DNA from: an uncultured Clostridia bacterium
GTDB taxonomy: Bacteria > Bacillota > Clostridia > Oscillospirales > Acutalibacteraceae
Reading direction: 5' to 3'
DNA: 64,000 bases
Assembly: GCA_944380875.1 (NCBI GenBank)
Contig: CALWJA010000055.1
Span: forward strand, 22,991 to 86,990
In this document: piece by piece, positions 8,854 to 19,666 of the stretch
Layout of the letters: every line of letters starts with the position of its first letter
How positions within the stretch are numbered: position 1 is the first letter of the stretch
Translations under genes and position numbers: made by a program
Notes under the pieces: generated by a model
Databases searched by the model: none
Seen by the model: only the letters and a program-made list of their open reading frames with translations
Told to the model about the DNA's origin: nothing

Positions 8854-10887
8854 TTATGCTCCTCGGAGACTGCTGAGAAGGAGGCGCACCTCTCCCCTCA
8901 GACCCCGATGGGCAGGGGCTTCGAGAGCAAAATCCTCGGATAGGATTTTCTTGGCCACACGCTGGGTTTCTCCAAGGGTTTCTGTGTCAGAAAGCATATC
9001 GGCAATTTTCAATTCAGGCAGACCATGCTGCCGGGATCCGAAAAAGTCTCCCGGTCCCCGGAGTTTCAAATCTTCGTCGGCAATCTGGAAACCGTTGTTG
9101 GTGGAACACATGATTTTCATTCTGGCCAGCGCTTCCTGGTTTTGTGCGTCTGTTACCAGGATACAGGTGGAAGCGGCCTTTCCACGGCCTACACGCCCCC
9201 GAAGCTGATGAAGCTGGGAAAGGCCGTAGCGCTCTGCGTTTTCGATCATCATAACAGCCGCATTTGGAACATCCATCCCTACTTCAACAACGGTGGTAGA
9301 AACAAGGATATCCAATTTTCCCTGGGCAAAATCCTCCATGATCTGCTCTTTTTCCCGGGCAGGAAGTTTACCGTGGAGTTCTCCGATCCGGCAGCCGGGA
9401 AGCCATTCTTCCCGAAGTTCCTGCGCATAGGTGGAAACGCTTTTCATATCGTTTACACCTTCTTCGATCATGGGGCAGATAATATAGCACTGCAGCCCCT
9501 TTTCCACATGTTTTTTCAAAAATCCAAATGCCCGCGCCCGTTTATCACTTGTAATGCTGTAGGTGGCAACAGGCGTCCTTCCCGGGGGAAGTTCATCGAG
9601 AATGGAAAGATCCAGATCTCCGTAAATCATCAATGCCAGAGTACGGGGAATGGGTGTGGCGCTCATTACCAGCAAATGGGGGGAATCCCCTTTATCCGCA
9701 AGAGCTTCCCGCTGCTCTACTCCAAAACGATGCTGTTCATCAGTAACCACCAGCCCCAGACGGGAAAACTCCACGCCCTTGGAAAGAAGTGCGTGGGTTC
9801 CTACCGCCAACTGTATGGAACCATCTTTCAGCCCGGAAAGCACTTTCCGCTTTTGAGCGGCGGGCGTGGAACCGGTGAGAAGGGCGACCGTGATCCCCGT
9901 CCCTTCCAAAAAGGAGGAGAAGGTTTCATAATGCTGCTTGGCGAGGATCTCCGTAGGAGCCATCATGGCGGCCTGGATGCCGTTTTTAGCGGCCGTATAA
10001 CAGAGGGCGGCGGCGACAGCTGTTTTTCCGCTTCCCACATCTCCCTGCACCAGCCGATTCATGCAGAATCCGCCCTTCATATCCTGGGCGCATTCCTGCA
10101 TCACTCTTTTCTGGGCTCCGGTAGGAGAAAAAGGCAGCCGGGAACAGAACTCTTCTGTATAATCTTTTTCCAAAAGGAGTCCTTTTTGCCGGCGGTTCCG
10201 GCCTTTCATACGCTGCAGGGCCAGCTGGAGAACGAGAAGTTCCTCAAAAATAAGCCTTCGCCTTGCGATTTTAACGGCCTCCATATCTTTTGGAAAATGA
10301 ATATTGGATAAAGCGAACCGCAGATGGCAAAGATTGTATTCCATGCGGATGGGTTCCGGTATGGGATCCTGGATAGAATCGGGGAGAAGAAGAAGGGCGC
10401 TTTTCATATTCGCCTGGATCATACGGCTGGTAAGGCCTTTTGTCTGCCGGTATATGGGGCGGACGGGAGGGCAGGCTTCCGCCGGAAACCATTCCGGAGA
10501 AACAGATTCCCGGCGCAGGAAATTTGCAGTGATCTTGCCGTAAAAGATATACTCTTCCCCTTCCCGAAGGGAGGATTTTACATAAGGGTTATTGAAAAAA
10601 GTAATATGCAGAACGCCTGAATCGTCGGCAGCCTGCATTTTGGTCAAAAGCATACCGCCCCGGACCCGGGTTTCTATAGGCGGGGATACCAAGGTAGCCC
10701 GCACAGCGCAGGCGCTGTCCAGAGGAGCTTCCATGATGGGAAGCGGCTGGCTTAGATCTTCATAAGCACGGGGATAAAAACGCAGCAAAGCGCCGGCGGT
10801 ACCCACGCCAAGCTTTTTATACAGCTTGGTGCGGGTCTCGCCGACGCCTTTTATCTCGGTTACAGGTACTTGGAATAGAGAAGCCAT
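8854..10887 (-). CDS. recG: ATP-dependent DNA helicase RecG
   Basis: 677 aa. N-terminal wedge domain, Walker A 'GDVGSGKT', DEQH box and helicase C motifs. Sits next to yloV as in Bacillus. Confidence 0.9.
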   Translation of the reverse strand: MASLFQVPVTEIKGVGETRTKLYKKLGVGTAGALLRFYPRAYEDLSQPLPIMEAPLDSACAVRATLVSPPIETRVRGGMLLTKMQAADDSGVLHITFFNNPYVKSSLREGEEYIFYGKITANFLRRESVSPEWFPAEACPPVRPIYRQTKGLTSRMIQANMKSALLLLPDSIQDPIPEPIRMEYNLCHLRFALSNIHFPKDMEAVKIARRRLIFEELLVLQLALQRMKGRNRRQKGLLLEKDYTEEFCSRLPFSPTGAQKRVMQECAQDMKGGFCMNRLVQGDVGSGKTAVAAALCYTAAKNGIQAAMMAPTEILAKQHYETFSSFLEGTGITVALLTGSTPAAQKRKVLSGLKDGSIQLAVGTHALLSKGVEFSRLGLVVTDEQHRFGVEQREALADKGDSPHLLVMSATPIPRTLALMIYGDLDLSILDELPPGRTPVATYSITSDKRARAFGFLKKHVEKGLQCYIICPMIEEGVNDMKSVSTYAQELREEWLPGCRIGELHGKLPAREKEQIMEDFAQGKLDILVSTTVVEVGMDVPNAAVMMIENAERYGLSQLHQLRGRVGRGKAASTCILVTDAQNQEALARMKIMCSTNNGFQIADEDLKLRGPGDFFGSRQHGLPELKIADMLSDTETLGETQRVAKKILSEDFALEAPAHRGLRGEVRLLLSSLRGA

Positions 10888-10962
10888 TGGGTATTTCCGC
10901 TTTTCCTTTTTATTTTAGGTATATAAGAACTATATACCGGGGATTTTGCCGGATGCACAGTT

Positions 10963-12627
10963 TTATTCAATAGAGATGATAAAATAGTAAACCGGCTGCC
11001 CGCCATTGACCAGGGTGATTTCTATATCGCTGCTAACCTTATTGCGAATACGGTTATATGCGTCGTTAGCCTGTTCTTCTGTTACATCAGCGCCATAGAT
11101 CAATGTAATAAAGGATGTGTTCCGGGTAATCATGGAACGGGTCAGCTTGCTGCAGGTATGGATGGGATCCCGCTCTACCAGGGTCATTTTCCCGTTTTCC
11201 AAGCCCAGAATATCGCCTTCCTTAATCTTCATACCACCGAATTCCGAATCACGGGCGGCGAAGGTAACAAGGCCGGTTTCTACATTCCCAGCAGCTTCCA
11301 TCATGGAAATGGTGTTCTTTTCAATGGAAGCATCCGGATCGTATGCCAGCATGGCAGAAAGCCCCTGGGGGATAGTCCTGGTGGGGAGCACAATCACTTT
11401 CCGGTCAGTGGCCATGGCGATGGTTTGCTCTGCGGCCATAATAATATTTTTATTGTTGGGCAGAACCAAAACAGTTTTGGCCGGTGTAGCCATAACAGCG
11501 GCGTAAATATCGTCTGTGCTGGGGTTCATGGTTTGCCCGCCGCTGACAACGTGGGTGCATCCCAAATCGGTGAACAACGTCTGGAGACCGTCGCCGGCAG
11601 CCACAGCCACAAATCCGATTTCTTCCGTAGGCTCTGCGGGTTCCATAGAAGCCGCTGCTGTTTTGGCTTTGTTGGCCGCGTTTTCTTCAGCAGCTTTTCT
11701 GTGCTGCTCTTTCATATTTTCAATTTTTACGGTAAGGAGCTGGCCAAAAGCGAGAGCAGCCTGCAATGCGTTGCCGGGCTCTTCCGTATGCACATGAACT
11801 TTGATGATTTCTTCGTCATCTACAACTACTACGCAGTCGCCGATGCCTTCCAGATATGCGCGAAGATCCATAGGATCCTTTTTGCAGGAAAGATCACGAC
11901 CTACAATGAATTCCGTGCAGTAGGTAAAATGGATTTCCTGATCGAATTCCGCCGCTGCGTTGCGGAAGAATTCGTCATTGGCCATATCGGTTTTGCTGGC
12001 GGGCACTTCACTTGTTACAATCACATGATCCTTGAAAACACTCATCATGCCATCGAAAATATAGCAAAGTCCTTTGCCGCCCGCATCCACTACGCCTGCT
12101 TTTTTCAAAACGGGAAGCTGCTCAGGAGTTTCCTCCAGAGCTTCCGCGGCGCCTTTGCAGATAGCGCTCCATACATATACGGCATCGTCGTCGATTTCTG
12201 CTGCTGCCCGCCCTTTTTCACAGGCTACTCGTGAGACAGTGAGAATCGTGCCTTCTGTGGGTTTCATAACAGCTTTGTAGGCAGCTTCCACGCCCATTGC
12301 CAAAGCATCTGCCAGATCTGTTCCATTGAGGGCTTCTTTTCCCTCTACGCCTTTGGAGAAACCCCGGAAGAGAAGGGAAAGGATAACGCCGGAGTTTCCG
12401 CGTGCTCCGCGCAAAAGGGCGGAGGCCGCAGTCTTTGCAATTTCACCTGCGGTGCCTTCTGCATCAGCCAGAGCTTTTGCGGCAGAACCCATGGTCATAC
12501 TCATATTTGTACCGGTGTCTCCATCCGGAACGGGGAAAATATTCAGTTCGTCCACCTGGGTTTTATGCTTTAAAATAGCATTGGCGCCGGAGATCAGCGC
12601 ATCGCGCAATTCGTTTCCTTGAATCAC
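10963..12627 (-). CDS. yloV: DAK2 domain fusion protein YloV
   Basis: 554 aa. N-terminal Dak2 phosphatase domain ('PDGDTGTNM') with a C-terminal DegV-like region. Conserved position upstream of recG. Confidence 0.85.
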   Translation of the reverse strand: MIQGNELRDALISGANAILKHKTQVDELNIFPVPDGDTGTNMSMTMGSAAKALADAEGTAGEIAKTAASALLRGARGNSGVILSLLFRGFSKGVEGKEALNGTDLADALAMGVEAAYKAVMKPTEGTILTVSRVACEKGRAAAEIDDDAVYVWSAICKGAAEALEETPEQLPVLKKAGVVDAGGKGLCYIFDGMMSVFKDHVIVTSEVPASKTDMANDEFFRNAAAEFDQEIHFTYCTEFIVGRDLSCKKDPMDLRAYLEGIGDCVVVVDDEEIIKVHVHTEEPGNALQAALAFGQLLTVKIENMKEQHRKAAEENAANKAKTAAASMEPAEPTEEIGFVAVAAGDGLQTLFTDLGCTHVVSGGQTMNPSTDDIYAAVMATPAKTVLVLPNNKNIIMAAEQTIAMATDRKVIVLPTRTIPQGLSAMLAYDPDASIEKNTISMMEAAGNVETGLVTFAARDSEFGGMKIKEGDILGLENGKMTLVERDPIHTCSKLTRSMITRNTSFITLIYGADVTEEQANDAYNRIRNKVSSDIEITLVNGGQPVYYFIISIE

Positions 12628-12785
12628 TGTATCACTACACTCCCTTGGTTATAATATTCGGTTATACGCTTAATACAGACAATGTCCATATCCTTTTTTG
12701 AGTTCAGAATCTTTTCCCGCTTATTATAGCATATTTATCTTCCGACTTCAATCTTTAATTCTTTGATATTCAAAAGGAATAGCTG

Positions 12786-12822
12786 TAAAAAAGCGCTTCC
12801 GGCTTGCCGGAAGCGCCAAATA
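12786..12822 (-). terminator. Rho-independent terminator after spoVS
   Basis: Minus-strand hairpin 'ggcgcttccggcaagccggaagcgc' followed by TTTTTT. Confidence 0.6.
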
Positions 12823-12856
12823 TGCGGACACTTTTGTGAAACCCGGAGTGTTTGCG

Positions 12857-13117
12857 TTATCTGGATTCCACGATTAACCGAATTGCAGTACGCTCCTCAC
12901 CATCAATCTCCACGCTGGCAAAAGCGGGAATACAGATCAGATCAATACCTGCCGGCGCCAGATATCCTCTGGCTATGGCGACAGCTTTAATAGCCTGATT
13001 AGCTGCTCCGGCCCCCACAGCCTGCAGCTCTGCCGAACCGGATTCGCGGATTACGCCTGCAACGGCTCCTGCCACGGAATTAGGTGCGGATTTTGATGAT
13101 ACTTTTAAAATCTCCAT
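12857..13117 (-). CDS. spoVS: Stage V sporulation protein S
   Basis: 86 aa. Near-identical in length and sequence pattern to SpoVS ('MEILKVSSKS.PNSVAGA.AGV.RE.G.AE.QA.GAGA.NQA.KAVAIARG'). Confidence 0.85.
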   Translation of the reverse strand: MEILKVSSKSAPNSVAGAVAGVIRESGSAELQAVGAGAANQAIKAVAIARGYLAPAGIDLICIPAFASVEIDGEERTAIRLIVESR

Positions 13118-13230
13118 TCGGCCTGCCTCCTTATCAGAATATATGTGGGCTCCCTCAGGATATATCCCAATTCTATTCTAATAATACAGCAATATGAGAT
13201 AATTTACAATAGTTATGTTTAAATATTTGG

Positions 13231-13998
13231 TTATTTTATCTGAAAGCGCTCCACGGATATGGTTTTTCCCGTTTTCTCGTCCACAGAGAAAAGAATACAA
13301 TCCATCCTGCAGGGACCTGCTGCCAGATCAAATCGGACAGGCATGCGGCTGCGCATTTTCTCAATAACCAGTTCTTTTTTTACTCCCAGAACGGAATCTA
13401 TGGTTCCGGTCATACCTACATCCGAAATATAGCCTGTGCCTAGGGGAAGAATGCATTCGTCCGCTGTTTGCACATGGGTGTGTGTACCGAATATAGCGGA
13501 TACTTTTCCATCGAAATCGTAACCGAAGCTTCTTTTTTCACCGGTGGCTTCTCCATGAAAATCCACAATGGTAATTTTGGGTAGCCCCATCTGCAGAATA
13601 CGGTCCATAGTAAAAAAGGGGGAGTCCATTGGTTCCATATAGACTTCTCCCAACAAATTTACGATTCCTACCTGGATGCGCCCCATATCGTAAATACAAA
13701 CGCCTCTTCCGGGAGCGGAAGGAGGGAAGTTAGCGGGCCGAAGTAGAGTTTCGCAGGAATCGAAAAGAGGGTAACTTTCCTTTCGGCGGAAAGTGTGATT
13801 TCCTGCGGTTATCACATCTACACCGCTATTAAAGAGAAAATCGACGGAAGAGGGGGTAAGGCCGTTGCCATCCGCTGAGTTTTCCCCGTTGGCAATGACT
13901 AGATCGATGGATTTGTATTTTTTAAAGCCGGGTAGCTTTTCTCTTAAAAAACGACAGCCAATGCTGCCCACTACATCGCCGATAGCAAGAATATTCAT
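13231..13998 (-). CDS. ymdB: TIGR00282-family metallophosphoesterase YmdB (2',3'-cyclic-nucleotide phosphodiesterase)
   Basis: 255 aa. 'ILAIGDVVG' and 'ANGENSADGNG' motifs. Immediately downstream of rny as in Bacillus/Clostridia. Confidence 0.85.
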   Translation of the reverse strand: MNILAIGDVVGSIGCRFLREKLPGFKKYKSIDLVIANGENSADGNGLTPSSVDFLFNSGVDVITAGNHTFRRKESYPLFDSCETLLRPANFPPSAPGRGVCIYDMGRIQVGIVNLLGEVYMEPMDSPFFTMDRILQMGLPKITIVDFHGEATGEKRSFGYDFDGKVSAIFGTHTHVQTADECILPLGTGYISDVGMTGTIDSVLGVKKELVIEKMRSRMPVRFDLAAGPCRMDCILFSVDEKTGKTISVERFQIK

Positions 13999-14061
13999 GG
14001 ATACAGTCCTTCTTTCTGTAGCCGGGATCTGCCGGCAGATTTCTTCTTACTGTAAAGAAAC

Positions 14062-14100
14062 AGCCAGAGGGAAAAAGAAAATTTCCCTTTGGCTGTAAAA
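14062..14100 (-). terminator. Putative partial terminator between rny and ymdB
   Basis: Imperfect hairpin (one mismatch) followed by a T-rich tract on the minus strand. Confidence 0.4.
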
Positions 14101-14119
14101 CTTGATATATTGGGATAGA

Positions 14120-15676
14120 TTATTTGGCGTATTCAATAGCCCGGCTCTCCCGGATAATATTTACCTTAATCTGGCCGGGATATTCCAGATCGCTTTCGAT
14201 CTTATTGCAGATATCCCTTGCCAACAGAATCATCTTATCATCTGTAATAATATCCGGTTTTACCATAATACGAATCTCGCGGCCGGCCTGAATGGCGAAG
14301 CAACGTTCTACGCCTTCAAAGGAAGAGGCAACTTCTTCCAATTTTTCAAGGCGTTTAATATAGTTTTCCAGGTTCTCACGGCGTGCCCCCGGCCTTGCAG
14401 CAGAAATAGCATCTGCAGCCTGCACAATACAGGCGATAACCGTTTTTGCTTCCACATCGCCGTGGTGAGCCTGAATAGCATGGATAATAGCTTCGCTCTC
14501 TTTATATTTGCGGGCTACATCCACACCGATTTCCACATGAGAACCTTCTATTTCATGGTCCAGCGCTTTTCCGATATCGTGCAGCAATCCGGCTCTTTTA
14601 GCAACAGTTGGGTCAAGCCCTAATTCCGATGCCATCATACCAGCAAGATAGGCAACTTCCAGAGAATGATTGAGAACATTCTGTCCATAGCTGGTACGGT
14701 AACGCAAACGTCCCAGCAGTTTGACAAGTTCGGGATGAATTCCGGTAACCCCGGCTTCGATAACGGCTCTTTCGCCCTCTTCCTTAATGGTAGCGTCCAC
14801 TTCGCGGCGAGCCTTTTCGATTGTTTCCTCGATTCTTGCAGGATGTATCCGACCGTCCGTAATCAGGCGTTCCAGCGCGATACGCGCCACTTCACGCCGG
14901 ACGGGCTCAAAGCAGGAAAGGGTGATAGCTTCGGGCGTATCATCGATAATCAAATCCACGCCTGTCATGGTTTCAATGGCACGGATATTCCGGCCTTCAC
15001 GGCCTATAATACGGCCCTTCATTTCGTCATTAGGCAGCGGTACCACAGAAATGGTAGCTTCCGCCACATGATCGGCTGCACAACGTTGGATGGCCATAGA
15101 GATAATCTCACGAGCAGCTTTATCGGCTTCATCCCTGGCCTGTTGCTCAAATTCCATCAACCGAACCGCTTTGTCATGGGTAAGTTCATCTTCCAGGTTT
15201 TTCAACAGATAATCTTTTGCCTGTTCAACTGTAAAACCGGAAATTCGTTCCAACATCTCAAACTGGCTTTTTTTAACCGCCTCCGCTTCTGCCAGACGTT
15301 CATCGGCCTGCTTGCATTTGTCGGATAGAACTTCCTCTTTTGCTTCCAAAGCCTCCAGCTTTTTATCCAGGTTTTCTTCTTTTTGCTGGATACGGCGTTC
15401 CTGACGCTGCACCTCCTTGCGGCGGTCGTTCAGTTCCCGTTCACTTTCGTTACGTAATCTGTGTATCTCGTCTTTGCCTTCTAAAACAGCTTCTCTTTTT
15501 TTGGTTTCTGCCGTCTTTATTGCATCGCTGACAATTCGTTTGGCCTCTTGCTCCGCAGAACCAATGGCCAATTCAGCTGTTTTCTTGCGATGGTTTGCGC
15601 CTGCGAAGAATGCAACGGCTCCCGCTGCGGCAGCACAAACAACACCTACTAAAATGTTTACAACAATTGGATCCAA
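14120..15676 (-). CDS. rny: Ribonuclease Y
   Basis: 518 aa. N-terminal TM helix, coiled-coil region, KH domain and HD domain ('[10 protein letters not shown]...LLHDIGK'). Confidence 0.9.
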   Translation of the reverse strand: MDPIVVNILVGVVCAAAAGAVAFFAGANHRKKTAELAIGSAEQEAKRIVSDAIKTAETKKREAVLEGKDEIHRLRNESERELNDRRKEVQRQERRIQQKEENLDKKLEALEAKEEVLSDKCKQADERLAEAEAVKKSQFEMLERISGFTVEQAKDYLLKNLEDELTHDKAVRLMEFEQQARDEADKAAREIISMAIQRCAADHVAEATISVVPLPNDEMKGRIIGREGRNIRAIETMTGVDLIIDDTPEAITLSCFEPVRREVARIALERLITDGRIHPARIEETIEKARREVDATIKEEGERAVIEAGVTGIHPELVKLLGRLRYRTSYGQNVLNHSLEVAYLAGMMASELGLDPTVAKRAGLLHDIGKALDHEIEGSHVEIGVDVARKYKESEAIIHAIQAHHGDVEAKTVIACIVQAADAISAARPGARRENLENYIKRLEKLEEVASSFEGVERCFAIQAGREIRIMVKPDIITDDKMILLARDICNKIESDLEYPGQIKVNIIRESRAIEYAK

Positions 15677-16170
15677 AGTTTGCCGGCACCTCCTTCAATA
15701 AAATTCCATGTTTTTCAAAAGAATGACGGTGAACTATAAAGAAACGGCATATGAAAACACATGGAGACAGAAGGCCCCTGTGCAGGCATATTCTATTTTT
15801 TTTATAATTCAACCAATTCCGGTTTTTAAACCGGAATGCGTAATTTTTGATGCGCGATCGGCTCAAAACGTCCATGTAGTTTTGACCATATCACAATATT
15901 CAAAAAAAATTAATAAAATATTCCGGGTGCGTTAATCCCGCAGATGCAAACCTCTGCATCATAGAAATAATTGTATTACTTTTCGCCCTGCTATGTCAAG
16001 GAAATTCCATTGTTTCTGTATAATTTGTTGCAATACATATAAATGTTACATTTTTCTTTCAGTAATAATTCTGGATATCCTTAAATATAGAAAAACGAGA
16101 ATCTATTTGGTGAGAAAGACGGTTTATCATGCTGGCAGATTTTAAAGGAGAGGCATTTTCTGCACGGCTA

Positions 16171-16199
16171 TTGACTTTTTCACAAAGCGATGCTACCAT
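16171..16199 (+). promoter_or_regulatory. Putative sigma-A promoter of the thrS leader
   Basis: TTGACT – 17 nt – (TGc)TACCAT extended -10. Confidence 0.4.
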
Positions 16200-16204
16200 G
16201 TAAT

Positions 16205-16575
16205 AAATAGACAGGTAATTCTTATAGGATATGGTATAAAAATTTTACCTGGTCAGAGAATATCAATAAATCGCAGATGAGGAATCTTTTTTTGCAGATT
16301 TTTGTTTCAGAGAACCCGGCTCCAGGCTGAAAGGCTGGGCAGCAAAAGCGAAAAAAGGCACCGCCTCGGAGTGCGCGCCGAAATAAGGCGTGCCGGATGC
16401 CGCCGTTATCGGCGCCGGAGGGTATAGTTCGTCCCAAAATAGGATTATAAATGGGAACGCATAAACACGGATGATAGTGTGAAATTGCACGGCTATACCG
16501 AATCAGGGTGGAACCGCGGAAGCGTATTTAGCCTTCGCCCCTTATTTGAAGGGGCGAAGGCTTTGTTTTTATATT
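16205..16575 (+). promoter_or_regulatory. T-box riboswitch leader (threonine specifier) with terminator
   Basis: Conserved T-box sequence 'AATCAGGGTGGAACCGCGGAAG' at 16501-16522 and an overlapping terminator hairpin 16531-16562 followed by a T-run. Candidate specifier-loop ACC-G is upstream. Directly precedes thrS. Confidence 0.8.
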
Positions 16576-16676
16576 CTTTGACATTCCGGGATATACGGAA
16601 AAATTGGAGAAATAAATTTTAAATGGAATTCTGTGCGGAAACGGCAGTATTGCAATATGGAAAGGGGATATTTGTG

Positions 16677-18593
16677 ATGAGCATGATTACTGTAAAATTA
16701 AAGGGCGACAGCCGTCAGTTTGAAAGCGGCATTACTGTGGCGGATGTTGCCAAATCCATCGGTGCAGGCCTTTATAAAGCCGCCTGTGCGGGCCGCATAA
16801 ACGGCAACGCAGTAGACCTGCGCACACCGCTGACAGAGGACTGCGAGCTGGAGATTCTTACATTTGACAGCCCGGAAGGCAAACACGCCTACTGGCATAC
16901 GACTTCCCATATAATGGCGCAGGCTGTAAAACGCTTGTTCCCGGAAGCCGCTTTGGCCATTGGTCCTGCTATAGATAACGGTTTCTATTACGATATGGAT
17001 TTGCCTCGGTCCCTTACACCGGAAGACCTGAGCAAGATTGAAGCGGAAATGAAAAAGATTATAAAAGAAAATCTTCCGCTTGAAAGGTTTGAACTTACTC
17101 CTGAAGATGCAAAGCAGCTCATGGAAAAAGAAAAGCAGCCCTATAAAGTGGAGCTGATTGAGGAGCATTCTGAAAAAGGAGAAAAAATCAGCTTTTATCG
17201 CCAGGGAGAGTTTACGGATCTCTGCGCCGGCCCTCATTTGATGACAACGGGTCAGGTCAAGGCTGTGAAACTTACGAATTGCACGGGTGCTTATTGGCGT
17301 GCGGATGCGAACAATAAGATGCTGCAGCGTGTTTATGGTATTTCTTTCCCCAAGGCCTCGGAGCTGGAAGCATATGTTACCATGCTGGAAGAAGCCAAAA
17401 AACGCGACCATCGGAAGCTGGGCAAAGAACTGGAGCTGTTCACTATTATGGACGAAGGCCCCGGATTCCCCTTCTTCCTTCCCAAGGGAATGGTTCTCAA
17501 AAATCTTCTGATTGATTACTGGAGAGAAATCCACAGAGAAGCAGGGTATCAGGAGATTTCTACACCCATTATTCTGAACAGGTCTCTTTGGGAGCGCAGC
17601 GGTCATTGGGATCATTATAAGCAGAACATGTACACAACGGTTATCGATGAACAAGATTTCGCCATTAAGCCCATGAACTGCCCCGGTGGTATCCTGGTTT
17701 ATCAGACGAAAATGCATTCCTATAGGGATCTTCCTCTGCGTATAGGCGAACTGGGTATTGTGCACCGGCACGAGCTTTCGGGCGCTTTGCACGGGTTGAT
17801 GCGTGTAAGATGCTTTACCCAGGATGACGCCCATATCTTCATGCTGAAGAGCCAGATCAAGGACGAAATTAAAGGTGTTGTCCGGTTGATTGATAAGGTA
17901 TACAGTGCCTTTGGTTTTGCCTATCATATTGAGCTTTCCACCATGCCTGAAGACCATATGGGTGCGGAAGAGGACTGGAACGAGGCCACGGATGCTCTTC
18001 GTTCTGCTATATCCGAGCTGGGATACGAGTATGAGGTAAACGAGGGAGACGGCGCTTTCTATGGCCCGAAATTGGACTTCCATCTTACGGACTGCCTGGG
18101 CCGTACCTGGCAATGCGGCACAATCCAGCTGGATTTCCAGCTTCCTGAAAGATTTGAGCTGGAATATACTGGAGAGGACGGCGCAAAACATCGGCCTATT
18201 ATGATCCATAGAGTGGTATTCGGCAGTATTGAACGCTTTATTGGAATTCTTACTGAACATTTTGCTGGGGCATTCCCGGCATGGCTCGCTCCTGTGCAGG
18301 TGAAGGTGCTTCCTATTTCCGAAAGGCATCACGAGTATGCAGCGCAGGTTTCGGAAAAGCTTACAAATGCAGGGTTCCGTGTGGAAACGGATATGCGCAG
18401 CGAAAAGATCGGTTATAAGATTCGTGAAGCACAGCTGCAGAAAATTCCGTATATGCTGGTTGTGGGCGATAAAGAGGCGGAAAGCGGCGAAGTTTCTGTT
18501 CGCGGAAGAAAGGCTGGCGATTTAGGCAGTATGTCGGTAGAAGCCTTTGCAGAGAAGCTCCGCGGAGAAGTAGACAGTAAGGCTATGGAATAA
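16677..18593 (+). CDS. thrS: Threonine--tRNA ligase
   Basis: TGS domain N-terminus ('MITVKLKGDS'), second additional domain, class II core motifs and anticodon-binding domain. Start placed at the ATG with an AAGGGGA RBS (the track ORF extends 18 codons further upstream). Confidence 0.9.
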   Translation: MSMITVKLKGDSRQFESGITVADVAKSIGAGLYKAACAGRINGNAVDLRTPLTEDCELEILTFDSPEGKHAYWHTTSHIMAQAVKRLFPEAALAIGPAIDNGFYYDMDLPRSLTPEDLSKIEAEMKKIIKENLPLERFELTPEDAKQLMEKEKQPYKVELIEEHSEKGEKISFYRQGEFTDLCAGPHLMTTGQVKAVKLTNCTGAYWRADANNKMLQRVYGISFPKASELEAYVTMLEEAKKRDHRKLGKELELFTIMDEGPGFPFFLPKGMVLKNLLIDYWREIHREAGYQEISTPIILNRSLWERSGHWDHYKQNMYTTVIDEQDFAIKPMNCPGGILVYQTKMHSYRDLPLRIGELGIVHRHELSGALHGLMRVRCFTQDDAHIFMLKSQIKDEIKGVVRLIDKVYSAFGFAYHIELSTMPEDHMGAEEDWNEATDALRSAISELGYEYEVNEGDGAFYGPKLDFHLTDCLGRTWQCGTIQLDFQLPERFELEYTGEDGAKHRPIMIHRVVFGSIERFIGILTEHFAGAFPAWLAPVQVKVLPISERHHEYAAQVSEKLTNAGFRVETDMRSEKIGYKIREAQLQKIPYMLVVGDKEAESGEVSVRGRKAGDLGSMSVEAFAEKLRGEVDSKAME

Positions 18594-18751
18594 AGTTTTT
18601 ACGCATGGTTTTGCCGGGTGAATTGCGGTAATGGTTGCCGTTTCGCCCGGCAACTTTTCTGTTAAATGGTTTAAAATGGAATAGAGAATTGCGTGAAGTA
18701 TAACGGAATGTAGTATATAATAGGATTATATACTTTAAAGGAGGACGAGGC

Positions 18752-19534
18752 TTGTATTGCTTGGATTTGCTGCAGGATACATTTTTCCTGGAATGTGAAT
18801 TTCGTCAGTTCAGCCAGGGAGAACATCATATCACCCGCAAGTGGGAAAGAAATGTGCTGATCCTTATGCTTAAGAACGAGCTGTATTTTGAAGAAGACGG
18901 AAAAGAAATATCCTTAACGGAGGATACTTGGTATATCCAAAGAGGGGGACTGCAGCAAACCGGCTTAAGAGGTTCTCCGGCACCGGAGTATTTTTACATT
19001 CATTTTGACGGTGTATTTAAGGATAGCAGCTCTCTTGGAGTGAGATTTCTTCCTGTTGAGGGTAAATTTAGGAGAGAGACGGTTCTGCCCCTGATACAGG
19101 AACTCCACGCCTGCCAAAACGGTGTAGAAACAGCCGGTGTTTATGAAAATATTATTTTTCATTATCTCTTATATGAATTGAAAAAGGAATCTGGAGAACA
19201 GGGAAATGGTTTGCCGTTCCAAATTGCGGAGTATATATCCCGAAATTTTGTAAAACCCCTTTCATTGCGGGAATTGGCCCTTCAGTTTGGGTATTGCGAG
19301 GATTATATAGGGCGTGTTTTTAAAAAACAGTATCACACATCCATCCATAAATATTTGACCCGTCTGCGTTTGCAGAAGGCCAGACAGCTTCTGCTCTATA
19401 CGGGAAAATCTATCAGTGAAATTGCTTTTGAAGTGGGTTTTTCGGAGACATCGCTGTTTTATAAATCTTTTTTCAAAGAGGAAGGAATATCGCCAACCAG
19501 ATGGAGAGAAATACAAAGGCTGGGAGGAAAATAA
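18752..19534 (+). CDS. AraC family transcriptional regulator (cupin sensor + HTH)
   Basis: 260 aa. N-terminal cupin-like effector domain and C-terminal double HTH AraC signature ('SLRELALQFGYCEDYIGRVFKK...SISEIAFEVGFSETSLFYKSF'). TTG start after AGGAGG. Confidence 0.75.
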   Translation: MYCLDLLQDTFFLECEFRQFSQGEHHITRKWERNVLILMLKNELYFEEDGKEISLTEDTWYIQRGGLQQTGLRGSPAPEYFYIHFDGVFKDSSSLGVRFLPVEGKFRRETVLPLIQELHACQNGVETAGVYENIIFHYLLYELKKESGEQGNGLPFQIAEYISRNFVKPLSLRELALQFGYCEDYIGRVFKKQYHTSIHKYLTRLRLQKARQLLLYTGKSISEIAFEVGFSETSLFYKSFFKEEGISPTRWREIQRLGGK

Positions 19535-19578
19535 CACTGTTCCCGCAAGGAAGAAGTATATAGACAAGCAAAATAAAA

Positions 19579-19612
19579 GGCCGACCGATATCTAACCAAT
19601 ACCGGTCGGCCT
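19579..19612. terminator. Bidirectional terminator between convergent araC-type and GH genes
   Basis: Hairpin 'ggccgaccg...cggtcggcc' flanked by A/T runs. Confidence 0.55.
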
Positions 19613-19666
19613 TCCCCGTTAAAGGGAGGGGTTGTTTAAACGTAAGTAACGGAATTTTTAATGAAA

